Below are positions 1 to 9,911 of a stretch of DNA of 64,000 nt, one piece after another. This DNA comes from an uncultured Fibrobacteria bacterium (lineage in GTDB: Bacteria; Fibrobacterota; Fibrobacteria; UBA11236). The position numbers were made by a program, and so were the translations under genes. The stretch lies in assembly GCA_963716395.1 (NCBI GenBank), contig OY970309.1, positions 832,001-896,000 of the forward strand. The letters run 5' to 3'. The notes under the pieces are model-generated. The model ran no database searches. It was given only the letters and a program-made list of their open reading frames with translations, and was not told the origin of the DNA. Position 1 is the stretch's first letter; each line of letters opens with the position of its first letter.

Positions 1-2
1 AT

Positions 3-1751
3 TTGACCGTGGCCCTGCACAAGGTGTACGACGCCCCGCGCGACAAGATCGTGTGGGACACGGGCCATCAGGCCTATCCCCACAAACTGATTACCGGGCG
101 CTACCGCGAGTTCCACACCTTGAAACAATTCGGCGGGCTGTCGGGTTTTCTCCGGCGCGACGAAAGTCCCTACGACGCCTTCGGCGCCGGGCATGCCTCG
201 ACGTCGCTGGCGGCAGCTCTGGGCATGGCGGTGGCGCGCACCAAGCTCCGGCAAGATCACGACGTGGTGGCGGTGATCGGCGACGGGGCCATGACCGGCG
301 GCATGGCCTTCGAGGCCTTGAACAACGCCGGCGAAATCGAGGAAAAGATCGTTTTCGTGCTCAACGACAACCGCATGTCGATTTCCAAAAACCTGGGCGG
401 CATTTCCAAATACCTGAACCGCATCATCAGCAACCCGGCCTACAACAAATTCAAAGACGAAGTGTGGGAAATCACCGGCAAGCTGCCGCAGGGCAAGGGC
501 CTGCAAAAAATCGCGTCGCGCATCGACGACGGCCTGAAGCGCCTGCTCATGCCCGGCGGATTTTTCCAGGATCTCGGCCTGCGCTATTTCGGCCCGGTCG
601 ACGGCCACAACCTCGGGGAACTCATCGAAATTCTGGCCGCCGTGCGGCTCCTCCCGGGTCCGAACCTGGTACACGTGGTGACCACCAAAGGTTATGGTTG
701 GGAGAAATCGGAACAGGACGCCATCAAGTGGCATGCCTCCAACCCCTTCGACATCGAATCGGGCAAACCCAAGGCCGCGCCGTCCAAGGTGCCGTCGCTC
801 ACCAAAGTCTTCGGCGAGGCCATGCTCGAACTGGCGCGGGCCGATGAACGCATCATCGGCATCACCGGCGCCATGCTCGAAGGCTGCGGGCTCAACATCA
901 TGCAGGCCGAAATTCCCGCCCGCGTCTACGACGTGGGCATCGCCGAGCAATACGCCACCACCTTCGCGGCCGGCGCCGCCTGCGACGGCCTCAAGCCCGT
1001 GGTGGCCGTGTACTCGTCGTTTCTCCAACGCGCCTTCGATCAAATCGTGCACGACGTGGCCATCCAGAATCTCAACGTGACCTTCGTGCTGGATCGCTCG
1101 GGGCTGGTCGGCCTCGACGGGCCCACGCATCACGGCGCCATGGACCTGAGTTATCTCGGCCTGATTCCGGGCATGGTAATTTTGGCCCCCAGCGATGAAA
1201 AGGAATTGCGCAACCTGTTGTATACGGCCTTGCAATACGACGCCGGTCCCATCGCCTTGCGCTATCCCCGCGGCAACGCCTACGCCCCCGATGAAAAACG
1301 GCCTTTCGAAGCGCTGCCCATCGGCATTCCGCATGTGCTCGAAGAAGGCGACGACCTGTTGTTGCTCGCGGTCGGTCCTATGCTGGCCTCTGCGCGCCAG
1401 GCCGTCGCGGCGTTGCAGAAAGAGGGCTTTCGCCCCACCTTGGTCGATGTGCGCACGGTCAAGCCCTTGAACCCCAAGGCCTACGGTGATTTGTTCGCAC
1501 GCCATCGCGCGGTGCTCACGGTGGAGGATAACGTTCCCCACGGCGGATACGGCGACGCCGTAGCGCGCCTGTTGCGTGATCTGGGACGCGGGGAAATGCC
1601 CGTAAAACACGTCGCGCTTCCCGATGAATTCGTGACCCATGGCGATGTTCCCACCTTGCATCGCATTCTCGGCATGGACGCGGACGGCATCGCCAAAAAG
1701 GCGCTGGAATTGCTGCACCAGGTTTCGGCCGTCGACGGGCACGCGGCTTGA
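3..1751 (+). CDS. dxs: 1-deoxy-D-xylulose-5-phosphate synthase (5' truncated by window edge)
   Basis: Motifs WDTGHQAYPHK, GAGHASTS, GDGAMTGGMAFEALNNAG, GIAEQ, DRSGLVGLDGPTHHG, IALRYPRG. Confidence 0.97.
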   Translation: MTVALHKVYDAPRDKIVWDTGHQAYPHKLITGRYREFHTLKQFGGLSGFLRRDESPYDAFGAGHASTSLAAALGMAVARTKLRQDHDVVAVIGDGAMTGGMAFEALNNAGEIEEKIVFVLNDNRMSISKNLGGISKYLNRIISNPAYNKFKDEVWEITGKLPQGKGLQKIASRIDDGLKRLLMPGGFFQDLGLRYFGPVDGHNLGELIEILAAVRLLPGPNLVHVVTTKGYGWEKSEQDAIKWHASNPFDIESGKPKAAPSKVPSLTKVFGEAMLELARADERIIGITGAMLEGCGLNIMQAEIPARVYDVGIAEQYATTFAAGAACDGLKPVVAVYSSFLQRAFDQIVHDVAIQNLNVTFVLDRSGLVGLDGPTHHGAMDLSYLGLIPGMVILAPSDEKELRNLLYTALQYDAGPIALRYPRGNAYAPDEKRPFEALPIGIPHVLEEGDDLLLLAVGPMLASARQAVAALQKEGFRPTLVDVRTVKPLNPKAYGDLFARHRAVLTVEDNVPHGGYGDAVARLLRDLGRGEMPVKHVALPDEFVTHGDVPTLHRILGMDADGIAKKALELLHQVSAVDGHAA

Positions 1752-1800
1752 AACGATTGCTTTTCCCCGGACATGACGGAGTGAATTTGGAAAAGACGCC

Positions 1801-2871
1801 ATGACGGCCGACGAAAACGGTTCCGGGGAAAATCGCGCAGAGGAAACGCCGCGTCCGGCCGAAAACCAACCGAAGCCGGAAACTCCCGACGCCTTTGATT
1901 TGCCGGGATTCCTGCCGCCGGCCGCGCCCCGGAATCCGGAGCCGCGCCGTTCCGTACGCCCCTTTAAGCCGCGCCCCAAATTCGACGCGCGGGAAGGCAA
2001 AGATCGCGGAGCGTTCCGGCCGCAGGCAGCGCGCCCGCCGGGACGGTTTGCGCCGCCCGGCGATCGCCGCGGAAGCCGGCCCCCCGAACGCGGGTTCGAC
2101 GACCGCATGGCGCCCGAAGTGCGCAAGTTTTTGCTCCTGCGGAACGAAAAAGGCCGGCAGCGCGAATCGCGCTTTTTGATCGAAGGCGCCAAGAACGTGG
2201 CCGACGTCGCGGCCGTGTTACCCGGCATGCTGCATCTGGTGCTGGCGGCGCGGGGGTTCGTCGACACGGCCCTACTCGAAACCTTGCGCCGGCAACGGGT
2301 GCATACGCGTGAAGTGCATCCGCGCGATCTGGCCGCCCTATGCGACACCGAGACGCCGCAAGGCGTGGTGGCCGTGGCCAATTTCGCCGCCTTGCGGCCC
2401 GACTGGAATGCGGCCCATTATGTCACCCTGCTCGACGGCGTGCAGGATCCCGGCAATGTCGGCGCCATCTTGCGCACCGCGGCGGCCTTGGGCCTCGATG
2501 CCGTGGTGCTGGGCAAGGGCACCTGCGACGCCTACAACCCCAAGGTGGTGCGCGCCTCGCTGGCCTCGCTGCTGCGCCTGCCGGTGGAAACCGGAGAAGA
2601 TTTGGCGGCCAAAATCCATTTTCTGCGCACCAAGGGTTTTTCGGTGGTGGCCACGTCGCCGCATGCCAAGATCACCTTGGGCCAAGCCAAGCTGCGCCGC
2701 AAAGTGGCGCTCCTCTTCGGCAATGAAGGGGCGGGCGTGGGCGAAAACCTGTTGGATCAAGCCGACGCGGCCGTGCGCATCCCCATGCGCGGCCCGGTCG
2801 AGTCGCTGAACGTGTCCGTGGCCCACGGCCTGTTGACTTACGAGTTACTGCGCCTGCGCGACGCACTGTGA
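1801..2871 (+). CDS. TrmH/SpoU family RNA 2'-O-methyltransferase with disordered N-terminal extension
   Basis: SPOUT motifs LDGVQDPGNVGAILRT, FGNEGAGV, IPMRGPVESLNVSVA. Confidence 0.92.
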   Translation: MTADENGSGENRAEETPRPAENQPKPETPDAFDLPGFLPPAAPRNPEPRRSVRPFKPRPKFDAREGKDRGAFRPQAARPPGRFAPPGDRRGSRPPERGFDDRMAPEVRKFLLLRNEKGRQRESRFLIEGAKNVADVAAVLPGMLHLVLAARGFVDTALLETLRRQRVHTREVHPRDLAALCDTETPQGVVAVANFAALRPDWNAAHYVTLLDGVQDPGNVGAILRTAAALGLDAVVLGKGTCDAYNPKVVRASLASLLRLPVETGEDLAAKIHFLRTKGFSVVATSPHAKITLGQAKLRRKVALLFGNEGAGVGENLLDQADAAVRIPMRGPVESLNVSVAHGLLTYELLRLRDAL

Positions 2872-2875
2872 CGGC

Positions 2876-3472
2876 ATGAAACTCCGCCTGCTGCCCACCT
2901 ACAACGCCCCCGTCGTTCTCACCTTCGCGCTGCTGGCTTTCCTGGTGCATGTGGCCGACGTGGCTTCGCACGGGCGCATCGCCCCCATGTATTTCGCGGC
3001 CTGGCCGCATTTCGAATTCCGCTCGCCGCTGTCGTGGTTCCGGCTGGTGTCGCACGTCTTGGGGCACAAGAACCTGGCCCACCTCACCGCCAACTTTTCG
3101 GTGATCCTGCTCATCGGCCCCGTGCTGGAGGAGAAATACGGCGCCAAGGCCATGCTGATCATGATCCTGATCACGGCTTTGACCACGGGCGTGCTCAACA
3201 CCCTGTTCTTCAACACCGGGCTCATGGGCGCCAGCGGCATCGTGTTCATGATGATCGTGCTGGGATCGTTCGCCAACCACAAGCCGGGCGAGATTCCCTT
3301 GACGTTTATTTTGGTGGTGGCGCTGTATCTCGCCGGCGAAGTCACGGCCGGATTCCGCCACGACGACGTTTCGCATTTCGCGCACCTCCTGGGCGGCCTG
3401 TGCGGCGCGGTGTTCGGATTTCGTTCCGGCGCGACGGCCGGGGCCAAGAGCAAAGGCGGCTCCAAAGCTTGA
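2876..3472 (+). CDS. Rhomboid family intramembrane serine protease
   Basis: Multiple TM segments; HxxxxHLxxN, catalytic GASG and AHLLGG. Confidence 0.9.
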   Translation: MKLRLLPTYNAPVVLTFALLAFLVHVADVASHGRIAPMYFAAWPHFEFRSPLSWFRLVSHVLGHKNLAHLTANFSVILLIGPVLEEKYGAKAMLIMILITALTTGVLNTLFFNTGLMGASGIVFMMIVLGSFANHKPGEIPLTFILVVALYLAGEVTAGFRHDDVSHFAHLLGGLCGAVFGFRSGATAGAKSKGGSKA

Positions 3473-3543
3473 GGGCCGGCCCGGGCGGTTTTGTACCATT
3501 GCCAGAAGGCGAGAATGAGGGGCGCCCGCAAGACGGGGGAAAA

Positions 3544-3924
3544 ATGGATGGGGAGCAAAAAAGAACCGTAGTCATCGTGGGTGCATCGGACAAACCCGAT
3601 CGCACCAGCCATCAGTTGCTCGCACGGCTGCGGCAACGCGAAGGTTACGCACCCATTCCCGTGCATCCCCGCCTGCGCATTATCGATGGGTGGCCCGTCT
3701 TGCCGGCGCTGTCGGCCGCGCCGGAACGCCCCGACGTGATCTCGCTGTACGTGAACGCGCAGACCAGTGCGGGGCTCGAAGCCGATCTCAAGCGCCTGCG
3801 GCCGGGAAAAGTGATTTTCAATCCGGGCGCGGAAAATCCCGCCTTGCAGCAACACCTGCAAGACGCGGGCATTGCAACCGAAGCGGCCTGCTCGCTGGTG
3901 CTGTTGTCCCAAAACGCGCTGTGA
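3544..3924 (+). CDS. CoA-binding domain protein (YccU-like)
   Basis: ATG at 3544 within ORF 3034..3924; VVIVGASDKPDRTS, IFNPGAEN, EACSLV. Confidence 0.88.
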   Translation: MDGEQKRTVVIVGASDKPDRTSHQLLARLRQREGYAPIPVHPRLRIIDGWPVLPALSAAPERPDVISLYVNAQTSAGLEADLKRLRPGKVIFNPGAENPALQQHLQDAGIATEAACSLVLLSQNAL

Positions 3925-3942
3925 GCGGAAGGCGGAGCGGCC

Positions 3943-4686
3943 TTGTCTTTATACGACCTGCTGCAAAACTTGCCCTGGAGTTTGACGCAGCTCAGCGACG
4001 CCGGCATCGTGCTCGGCACGTGGCTGGCTTTTTGGCTGGCCCCGCCGGCCTTGCAGCGCGGGCGCTGGTGGCTGCCGGCCTGGTTCGCCGCCCTGAACCT
4101 TTTCTTGTGGTACGCGCCGCGCGCTTGGCAGCCGCGCACCAACCTCTGGATCTATTTCGGCTGGGCGCAATTGCCGTGGATTCTGGCCGCGCTGGATTTG
4201 GCCGCACACGGTACGATGGCGCGCGGGGTGTCCAGCCTGTCGCTGCGCGCGTTGTTGGCTTGGTCGCTGTTTCGCGTCATGGGCGCGGTGCTGGTGCTGG
4301 CCGTACTCCAGGGCGATTTGCCGCCGGCCCTGGGTATGACCCTGGCCATCGGCGAAGTCTTCACCGCGGGCCTGGCCGCTTTGCTGTGGCTGGTCTATCG
4401 GCCCCAAAGCCTGTGGTACCGCCTCGTGCTGTTGTTCTGGAACGCCTATGGATTGACCGCCGCGCTTTCCCTGGGAATCAAAGGTCTGCTCGCCGATCCC
4501 GATTTTCCCGCGGTGCGGCTGCCTTACGAGGTGCACCAGTTTTGGATGGGGTTTCCGCAGGCGTGGATTCCGTTTTTTTGGACGCCCCTCGCCATCATCG
4601 TGCACGCCCTGGTTTTTTATAGAATGTATCTCGAATGGACGGCACCATCCTCCCTACAGCCGGCGGCCGGGGAAATTCCCGGATGA
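3943..4686 (+). CDS. Hypothetical polytopic membrane protein
   Basis: 247-aa hydrophobic ORF with about 7 TM segments, co-directional with neighbours. Confidence 0.7.
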   Translation: MSLYDLLQNLPWSLTQLSDAGIVLGTWLAFWLAPPALQRGRWWLPAWFAALNLFLWYAPRAWQPRTNLWIYFGWAQLPWILAALDLAAHGTMARGVSSLSLRALLAWSLFRVMGAVLVLAVLQGDLPPALGMTLAIGEVFTAGLAALLWLVYRPQSLWYRLVLLFWNAYGLTAALSLGIKGLLADPDFPAVRLPYEVHQFWMGFPQAWIPFFWTPLAIIVHALVFYRMYLEWTAPSSLQPAAGEIPG

Positions 4687-4714
4687 ACGGAACCACGCGC
4701 CGGAGGTTCACGGC

Positions 4715-5098
4715 ATGACGGATTATCTGCCGGCGGTGATTTTCGGAATGGTCGGCATTGTCTACGGCGCCGGCGCCTTGATCGTGTCGCGCTGGTTCGC
4801 CCCCAAGGGCCGCGACGTGGGTCGCAAATACGAAGCCTACGAATCGGGCGAAGCCAATATCGGCGACGCACATGTGCAGTTCCGGCTGGGGTACTACCTC
4901 TTCGCCCTGGTCTTTCTGGTTTTCGACGTCGAAGCCTTGTTCCTGTTTCCGGCCTTGAGAATTTTCCGCGCGGCGGTGCGGGGCGAAGTACCGCGCGTGA
5001 GCGCGGGCCTGGCCTGGGCCGAAGTGGCGGCCTTTATCGCCGTGCTGGGGGTAGCCCTCTTTTACGCGCGCCGCAAAAAGGCGCTGGAATGGAGTTGA
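4715..5098 (+). CDS. nuoA: NADH-quinone oxidoreductase subunit A
   Basis: YESGE loop, [14 protein letters not shown], terminal ALEW; GGAGG RBS upstream. Confidence 0.95.
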   Translation: MTDYLPAVIFGMVGIVYGAGALIVSRWFAPKGRDVGRKYEAYESGEANIGDAHVQFRLGYYLFALVFLVFDVEALFLFPALRIFRAAVRGEVPRVSAGLAWAEVAAFIAVLGVALFYARRKKALEWS

Positions 5099-5102
5099 AC
5101 CC

Positions 5103-6317
5103 ATGACGCAACCGGTGCCGCTGCCCGCTCCCGAAGCACCCGCGCTGCGGCTCACCAATGCGGTCGAGTTCATCACCGATTGGGCCCGCGCCAATTCGCT
5201 GTGGCCGCTGGTATTCGGCACCTCCTGCTGCGCCATCGAAATGATGGCCACCGGCGCCTCCGACAACGACTGGGCGCGCTTCGGACTCGAAGTGGCGCGG
5301 GCGTCGCCGCGCCAGGCCGACCTCATCATTCTGGCCGGAACCATCGTGGAAAAAATGGGCTCGCGCCTCGTCACCTTGTACGAACAGATGCCCGAGCCCA
5401 AATACGTCATCGCCATGGGCGCCTGCACCATCTCGGGCGGCCCTTTTTATTACGACAGCTATTCCGTGGTCAAAGGCGCCGACCGCCTGATTCCCGTCGA
5501 CGTATACGTTCCCGGCTGCCCGCCGCGGCCCGAAGCCCTGCTCTACGGCGTCCTGCAATTGCAGCGCCTCATCCGCGACAAGAAATTGCGCGCCGCCTTG
5601 GGTCCGCGCCGCGTGCATACCGTCCCTTTCACCGACCCCATGACCGAAGCGGCCAAAGCCTGGGATGAAGCGGAAAAACAGAAACAGACCGAGATCAAAG
5701 CAGCCCAGGAAAAATTCAAGGCCGAGAATCCCGATTACAAAGGCTATGTGTACAAGCGCGCGCCCGTGGTCAAGTTCGACGAGGTTCCGCGCCGGCCCAC
5801 GCCGCGGCGCGGCATGGACCCCGAAGCCCTGTTCACCGCGGTGCGCGAAAAAATTCCGGCGGTTGCCTTGCCCGGCGGGGCGGATCCCACGTCCGATTTT
5901 TTTGCCAAAATGGCCCCGGACGCCGTTCTCGAACTGAGCGTGCCGCGCGAGGATTATCTTGCCACCGTGGAATTCCTGCAAGAGGATCCGCGTCTTCGCT
6001 GCGACTTGTTGATCCAGATCACCGCCGTGGATTGGAAGGATCATTTCGACCTCGTCGTGCACTTGCAGTCGGTCGAGCACGGGCATAAAGTGTTCGTGCG
6101 CGTGGCGCTGCCGCATGACGAACATCCCGAAATCGAAACCCTGACGCATCGCTACGCAGGCGCGGACTGGCATGAACGCGAAGTGTGGGATTTCTTCGGC
6201 ATCCGCTTTCTGGGGCATCCGGACTTGCGGCGACTTTTTCTCGAAGACGATTTTCCCGGCCACCCGCTGCGCAAGGATTTCACCGACGTCACCCGCATGG
6301 TACGGAGGCCGTATTGA
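5103..6317 (+). CDS. nuoB: NADH-quinone oxidoreductase fused subunit B/C
   Basis: NuoB motifs [34 protein letters not shown]; charged linker; then NuoC motifs [27 protein letters not shown]. Confidence 0.93.
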   Translation: MTQPVPLPAPEAPALRLTNAVEFITDWARANSLWPLVFGTSCCAIEMMATGASDNDWARFGLEVARASPRQADLIILAGTIVEKMGSRLVTLYEQMPEPKYVIAMGACTISGGPFYYDSYSVVKGADRLIPVDVYVPGCPPRPEALLYGVLQLQRLIRDKKLRAALGPRRVHTVPFTDPMTEAAKAWDEAEKQKQTEIKAAQEKFKAENPDYKGYVYKRAPVVKFDEVPRRPTPRRGMDPEALFTAVREKIPAVALPGGADPTSDFFAKMAPDAVLELSVPREDYLATVEFLQEDPRLRCDLLIQITAVDWKDHFDLVVHLQSVEHGHKVFVRVALPHDEHPEIETLTHRYAGADWHEREVWDFFGIRFLGHPDLRRLFLEDDFPGHPLRKDFTDVTRMVRRPY

Positions 6318-6399
6318 GTCTTGAGGGTTTGAGGTCTGCGGGTTTGAGGCGCGCGGGCGTCCGCCGTAGGCGGATTTCCCGGGCCGCGCGGCGGCGGCC

Positions 6400-7566
6400 A
6401 TGCTGATCGATTCCGGCTCCGGGGCGCGGCCGACCTTGCCCCCGGGGTTTTCGCCCGGCGCCACGTTGCCCGACGGCAGCCGCGAATTTTACCTCAACAT
6501 GGGGCCGCAGCACCCCAGCACGCACGGCGTGCTCAAACTGGTCTTGCGCCTCGAAGGCGAAACCGTGCTGGAAGTGGTGCCGCACCTGGGCTTCATCCAC
6601 CGCGCCATCGAGAAGATGGGCGAGAACGAATCCTACGTGCAGTACATCCATCTCACCGATCGCATGGATTACCTGTCGAGCCACATCAACAACCTGTGCG
6701 TGTGCCTGTGCATCGAAAAGGCGCTGGGCATGGGGGTGCCCGAGCGAGCGGAATACATCCGCGTGATGGTGTCGGAGCTCCAGCGCATCCAAAGCCATCT
6801 TTTGTGGTGGGGCGCTTTCGGGCTGGATCTGGGCGCGGTCACCGCCTTTCTATACGGATTCAAGGAGCGCGAGAAAATCACAGCGCTGTTCGAAGAGCTG
6901 TGCGGGGCACGCCTGACCATGAATTACTTCCGCCCCGGCGGCGGCTTCGCCGACGTGCCCGAAAATTTCCTGGCGCGCGTGCGCGAAATCATCGAAGCCA
7001 TGAAATTCTCGCTCGACGAATTCGACACCCTGGTGACGCGCAACCCCATCATGCGCGAGCGCACCGTGGACGTAGGCGTGCTGACGCGCGCCCAGGCGCT
7101 GTCGTTCGGCTGCACCGGGCCGGTGGCGCGCGCTTCGGGGGTCGATTTCGACGTGCGCAAGCACGACCCGTATTCGCTGTACGACCGCTTCGCCTTTGAC
7201 GCGCCCCTGGGCACAAACGGCGACTGCTACGACCGCTATGGCGTGCGCATCGAAGAGATGCGCCAATCGTTGCGTATTCTGGAGCAGGCGGCGGCGTCGT
7301 TTCCCGCAGGCCCGTTCCGCGCCAAGGAAAAGCCCAATCTCCGCCTGCCGGCCGGCAGCCATTACGCCGCGGTCGAAACCGCGCGCGGCCTGTACGCCAC
7401 CTATATCGTGTCCGACGGCGGCGCCAAGCCCTATCGCATCAAAAGCCGGTCGCCGGGAATGTCCAACCTTTCGGCCCTGCCGGTCATGGCCCAAGGCGGC
7501 AAGATCGCCGACATGGTGGCCATTCTCTCGACCCTCGACCTCATCATTCCGGACATCGACCGATGA
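6400..7566 (+). CDS. nuoD: NADH-quinone oxidoreductase subunit D
   Basis: LNMGPQHPSTHGVL, DRMDY, GPVARASG, terminal DIDR; no NiFe-binding CxxC pairs. Confidence 0.95.
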   Translation: MLIDSGSGARPTLPPGFSPGATLPDGSREFYLNMGPQHPSTHGVLKLVLRLEGETVLEVVPHLGFIHRAIEKMGENESYVQYIHLTDRMDYLSSHINNLCVCLCIEKALGMGVPERAEYIRVMVSELQRIQSHLLWWGAFGLDLGAVTAFLYGFKEREKITALFEELCGARLTMNYFRPGGGFADVPENFLARVREIIEAMKFSLDEFDTLVTRNPIMRERTVDVGVLTRAQALSFGCTGPVARASGVDFDVRKHDPYSLYDRFAFDAPLGTNGDCYDRYGVRIEEMRQSLRILEQAAASFPAGPFRAKEKPNLRLPAGSHYAAVETARGLYATYIVSDGGAKPYRIKSRSPGMSNLSALPVMAQGGKIADMVAILSTLDLIIPDIDR

Positions 7567-8633
7567 GCGGAAATTTCGCGGGCGACTTCGTACGCGCGCA
7601 TGTGCCGGCGCCGGCGGCGGTGGCGGTGAACCTGGTGATCGGGCTGGTCGCGATGCTGGCCTTCATCTCGCTCAATTCCATGTTCCTGATCTGGCTGGAA
7701 CGCAAGGTCTGCGCGCGCTTTCAGGCGCGGCTGGGTCCGATGCGCGTGGGCTTTCACGGCCTGCTCCAACCCGTGGCCGACGCCATCAAGCTTCTCTTCA
7801 AAGAAAACATCCGGCCCAAGGCCTCCGATACCGTCGCCTATTTTCTCGCCCCCATTCTGCCGATGACGGCGGCCTTCCTGGTGTTGGCCGTGCTGCCGCT
7901 GGCGCCGCAGTTGCAAATCGTCGACGTCAACGCGGGCGTGGTGTATGTCAGCGCGGTATCGGGGCTCGGCATTCTGGGCGTGCTGCTGGGCGGGTGGGCC
8001 AGCAACAGCAAATACTCGCTGCTGGGATCGATGCGATCCGGGGCGCAGCTTTTTTCCTATGAGCTGTCCATGATCCTCTGCCTGCTGCTGGTGGTCCTGG
8101 CCAGCGGCACGGGGTCGCTGCAAGGCGTGGTGCAATCGCAGCAGGGGCGGCTGTGGGATTGGTGGATTCTCAAATTGCCCGGGGCGGGCGCGCTGGCTTT
8201 TCTGCTCTTTCTGGTGTCTTCGACCGCGGAGTTGAACCGCGGTCCGCTCGACCTGGCCGAAGCCGAATCCGAACTCACCGGCGGCTTTCACACCGAATAC
8301 ACGGGCATGGCCTTCGCGCTTTTCTTTCTGGCCGAATACATCAATCTGTTCGCGGCCGCGGCGTTGGGCGCCACCTTCTTTCTGGGCGGATACCTGCCGC
8401 CGCAATTCGGCATTCCCGGGCTCGATCCCGCGCTGGCCGCCATTCCCTATGTCGTTTGGTTTCTGCTCAAGACCTACGCCTTGATCTTCGTGTATATGTG
8501 GTTCCGCTGGACTTTTCCGCGCCTGCGCATCGATCACCTGCTGGCGTTGGAATGGAAATTCCTGCTGCCGGTGTCGCTGGGGAATCTGTTGTTCGCCGCA
8601 ACCTTAATCACCCTGAGGTGCGTCCTCCCATGA
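7563..8633 (+). CDS. nuoH: NADH-quinone oxidoreductase subunit H
   Basis: ERK..RLGP, GLLQPVADAIKL, GWASNSKY, DLAEAESELTGGFHTEY, PRLRID. Confidence 0.96.
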   Translation: MSGNFAGDFVRAHVPAPAAVAVNLVIGLVAMLAFISLNSMFLIWLERKVCARFQARLGPMRVGFHGLLQPVADAIKLLFKENIRPKASDTVAYFLAPILPMTAAFLVLAVLPLAPQLQIVDVNAGVVYVSAVSGLGILGVLLGGWASNSKYSLLGSMRSGAQLFSYELSMILCLLLVVLASGTGSLQGVVQSQQGRLWDWWILKLPGAGALAFLLFLVSSTAELNRGPLDLAEAESELTGGFHTEYTGMAFALFFLAEYINLFAAAALGATFFLGGYLPPQFGIPGLDPALAAIPYVVWFLLKTYALIFVYMWFRWTFPRLRIDHLLALEWKFLLPVSLGNLLFAATLITLRCVLP

Positions 8634-9082
8634 AGACGGCTTCAGCTCCCCGTCCCTCGCTGTGGGCCGACCTGCGCAGCCTGTTCCAGGGCATGGGCGT
8701 GACCCTGCGCTATTTGATCCACCCCAAGCGCGTGGTCACACGCCAGTATCCGGAGAACCGCGCCACCCTGAAATTTCCCGAGCGCTTCCGCGGCCAGGTG
8801 GTAATGCCGCATGACGAGAACGGCGATCACAATTGCACCGCCTGCCTGCTGTGTGAAAAGGCCTGCCCCAACGGCACCATTTCCATCCTCTCCACCAAAA
8901 CCGTGACGGGAAAGCGCGTGCTGGGCCAATTCATCTACCGCTTTTCGCAATGCACCCTGTGCAACCTCTGCATCGAAGCCTGCCCTTTCGACGCCATCCG
9001 CATGGGCCATGGCTTCGAAGAGGCCACCTTCCGCCGCGAAGATTTGCTCCGCGTCCTGAATCAAAAAGAAGGCCGGGGATGA
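8630..9082 (+). CDS. nuoI: NADH-quinone oxidoreductase subunit I
   Basis: Two CxxCxxCxxxCP [4Fe-4S] motifs; ATGA overlap with nuoH stop. Confidence 0.94.
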   Translation: MKTASAPRPSLWADLRSLFQGMGVTLRYLIHPKRVVTRQYPENRATLKFPERFRGQVVMPHDENGDHNCTACLLCEKACPNGTISILSTKTVTGKRVLGQFIYRFSQCTLCNLCIEACPFDAIRMGHGFEEATFRREDLLRVLNQKEGRG

Positions 9083-9609
9083 TGCGCGACGTGGCTTTCT
9101 ACCTCATCGCGACGGCCCTTCTGGTTTCGGCCCTGGCCACGGTGACGTTGCGCCATCTGTTCCACGCGGCCCTGGCCTTGCTCGCCACCCTGTTCGCGTC
9201 GGCCACGCTGTTCCTGCTTTTGGGCGCCGAGCTGGTGGCGCTGGGGCAAGTGCTGGTTTACATCGGCGGCGTCATGGTGTTCGTGCTTTACGCGGTGTTC
9301 TTGACCACCGATCTGGGCCGACGCATGCCCGCGCCCAGCCGGTGGAAAACCGCCGGAGCTTTGCTGACCGCCGGGGCGGTCTTCGCCCTGCTGACGGTGG
9401 CGCTGCACCAGGCCCGCGCCTTGGCGGGCGGTGCCGCGCCCGCGGACTTCGCTTCGCTGGCGACCTTGGGCGCCCGCCTGCTCGATCCCGGTCCGTCCGG
9501 ATTTCTTATTCCCTTCGAAGGCGTCTCGGTGCTGCTGCTGGCCGCCCTGGTGGGCGCGCTGGCCCTGGCCCGCGGGCTCGACGCCGGCGGCAAAGGGGCG
9601 AAACCTTGA
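9079..9609 (+). CDS. nuoJ: NADH-quinone oxidoreductase subunit J
   Basis: QVLVYIGGVMV, IPFEGVSVLLLAALVGA; operon position. Confidence 0.92.
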   Translation: MMRDVAFYLIATALLVSALATVTLRHLFHAALALLATLFASATLFLLLGAELVALGQVLVYIGGVMVFVLYAVFLTTDLGRRMPAPSRWKTAGALLTAGAVFALLTVALHQARALAGGAAPADFASLATLGARLLDPGPSGFLIPFEGVSVLLLAALVGALALARGLDAGGKGAKP

Positions 9610-9911
9610 CGTTACCTGCCTGCCTGGCGCTGTCGGCCGCCCTGTTCGCCATCGGCGTGTTCGGCCTGCTGACGCGCCGCAACCTCATCGCCGTGCTCAT
9701 GTCCCTGGAATTGATGATCAACGCGGCGCTCATCAATTTTACCGCCTTCGCCCGCTTCGGGGGCGGCGACGCCACGGCGGGAGCGGCCTTTCCCCTGTTC
9801 GTCTTCGCGCTGGCGGCGGCCGAAATGGCCCTGGCACTGGGCATTGTACTGGCGTTGCAGCGCAACCGTCGGCGCATCGACGTCGAGGAGCTGACCGACC
9901 TGCATGGATAA
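9606..9911 (+). CDS. nuoK: NADH-quinone oxidoreductase subunit K (TTG start)
   Basis: RRNLIAVLMSLELMINA, AAAEMALAL; TTGA overlap with nuoJ stop. Confidence 0.92.
   Translation: MTLPACLALSAALFAIGVFGLLTRRNLIAVLMSLELMINAALINFTAFARFGGGDATAGAAFPLFVFALAAAEMALALGIVLALQRNRRRIDVEELTDLHG

Noticed and set aside
6314-6352. Short TTGAG / GGGTTTGAGG repeats between nuoBC and nuoD
   Set aside because: Too short and irregular for a CRISPR array or a defined element
6400-7566. Possible group 4 NiFe hydrogenase large subunit
   Set aside because: Lacks both CxxC Ni-binding motifs and has canonical NuoD motifs
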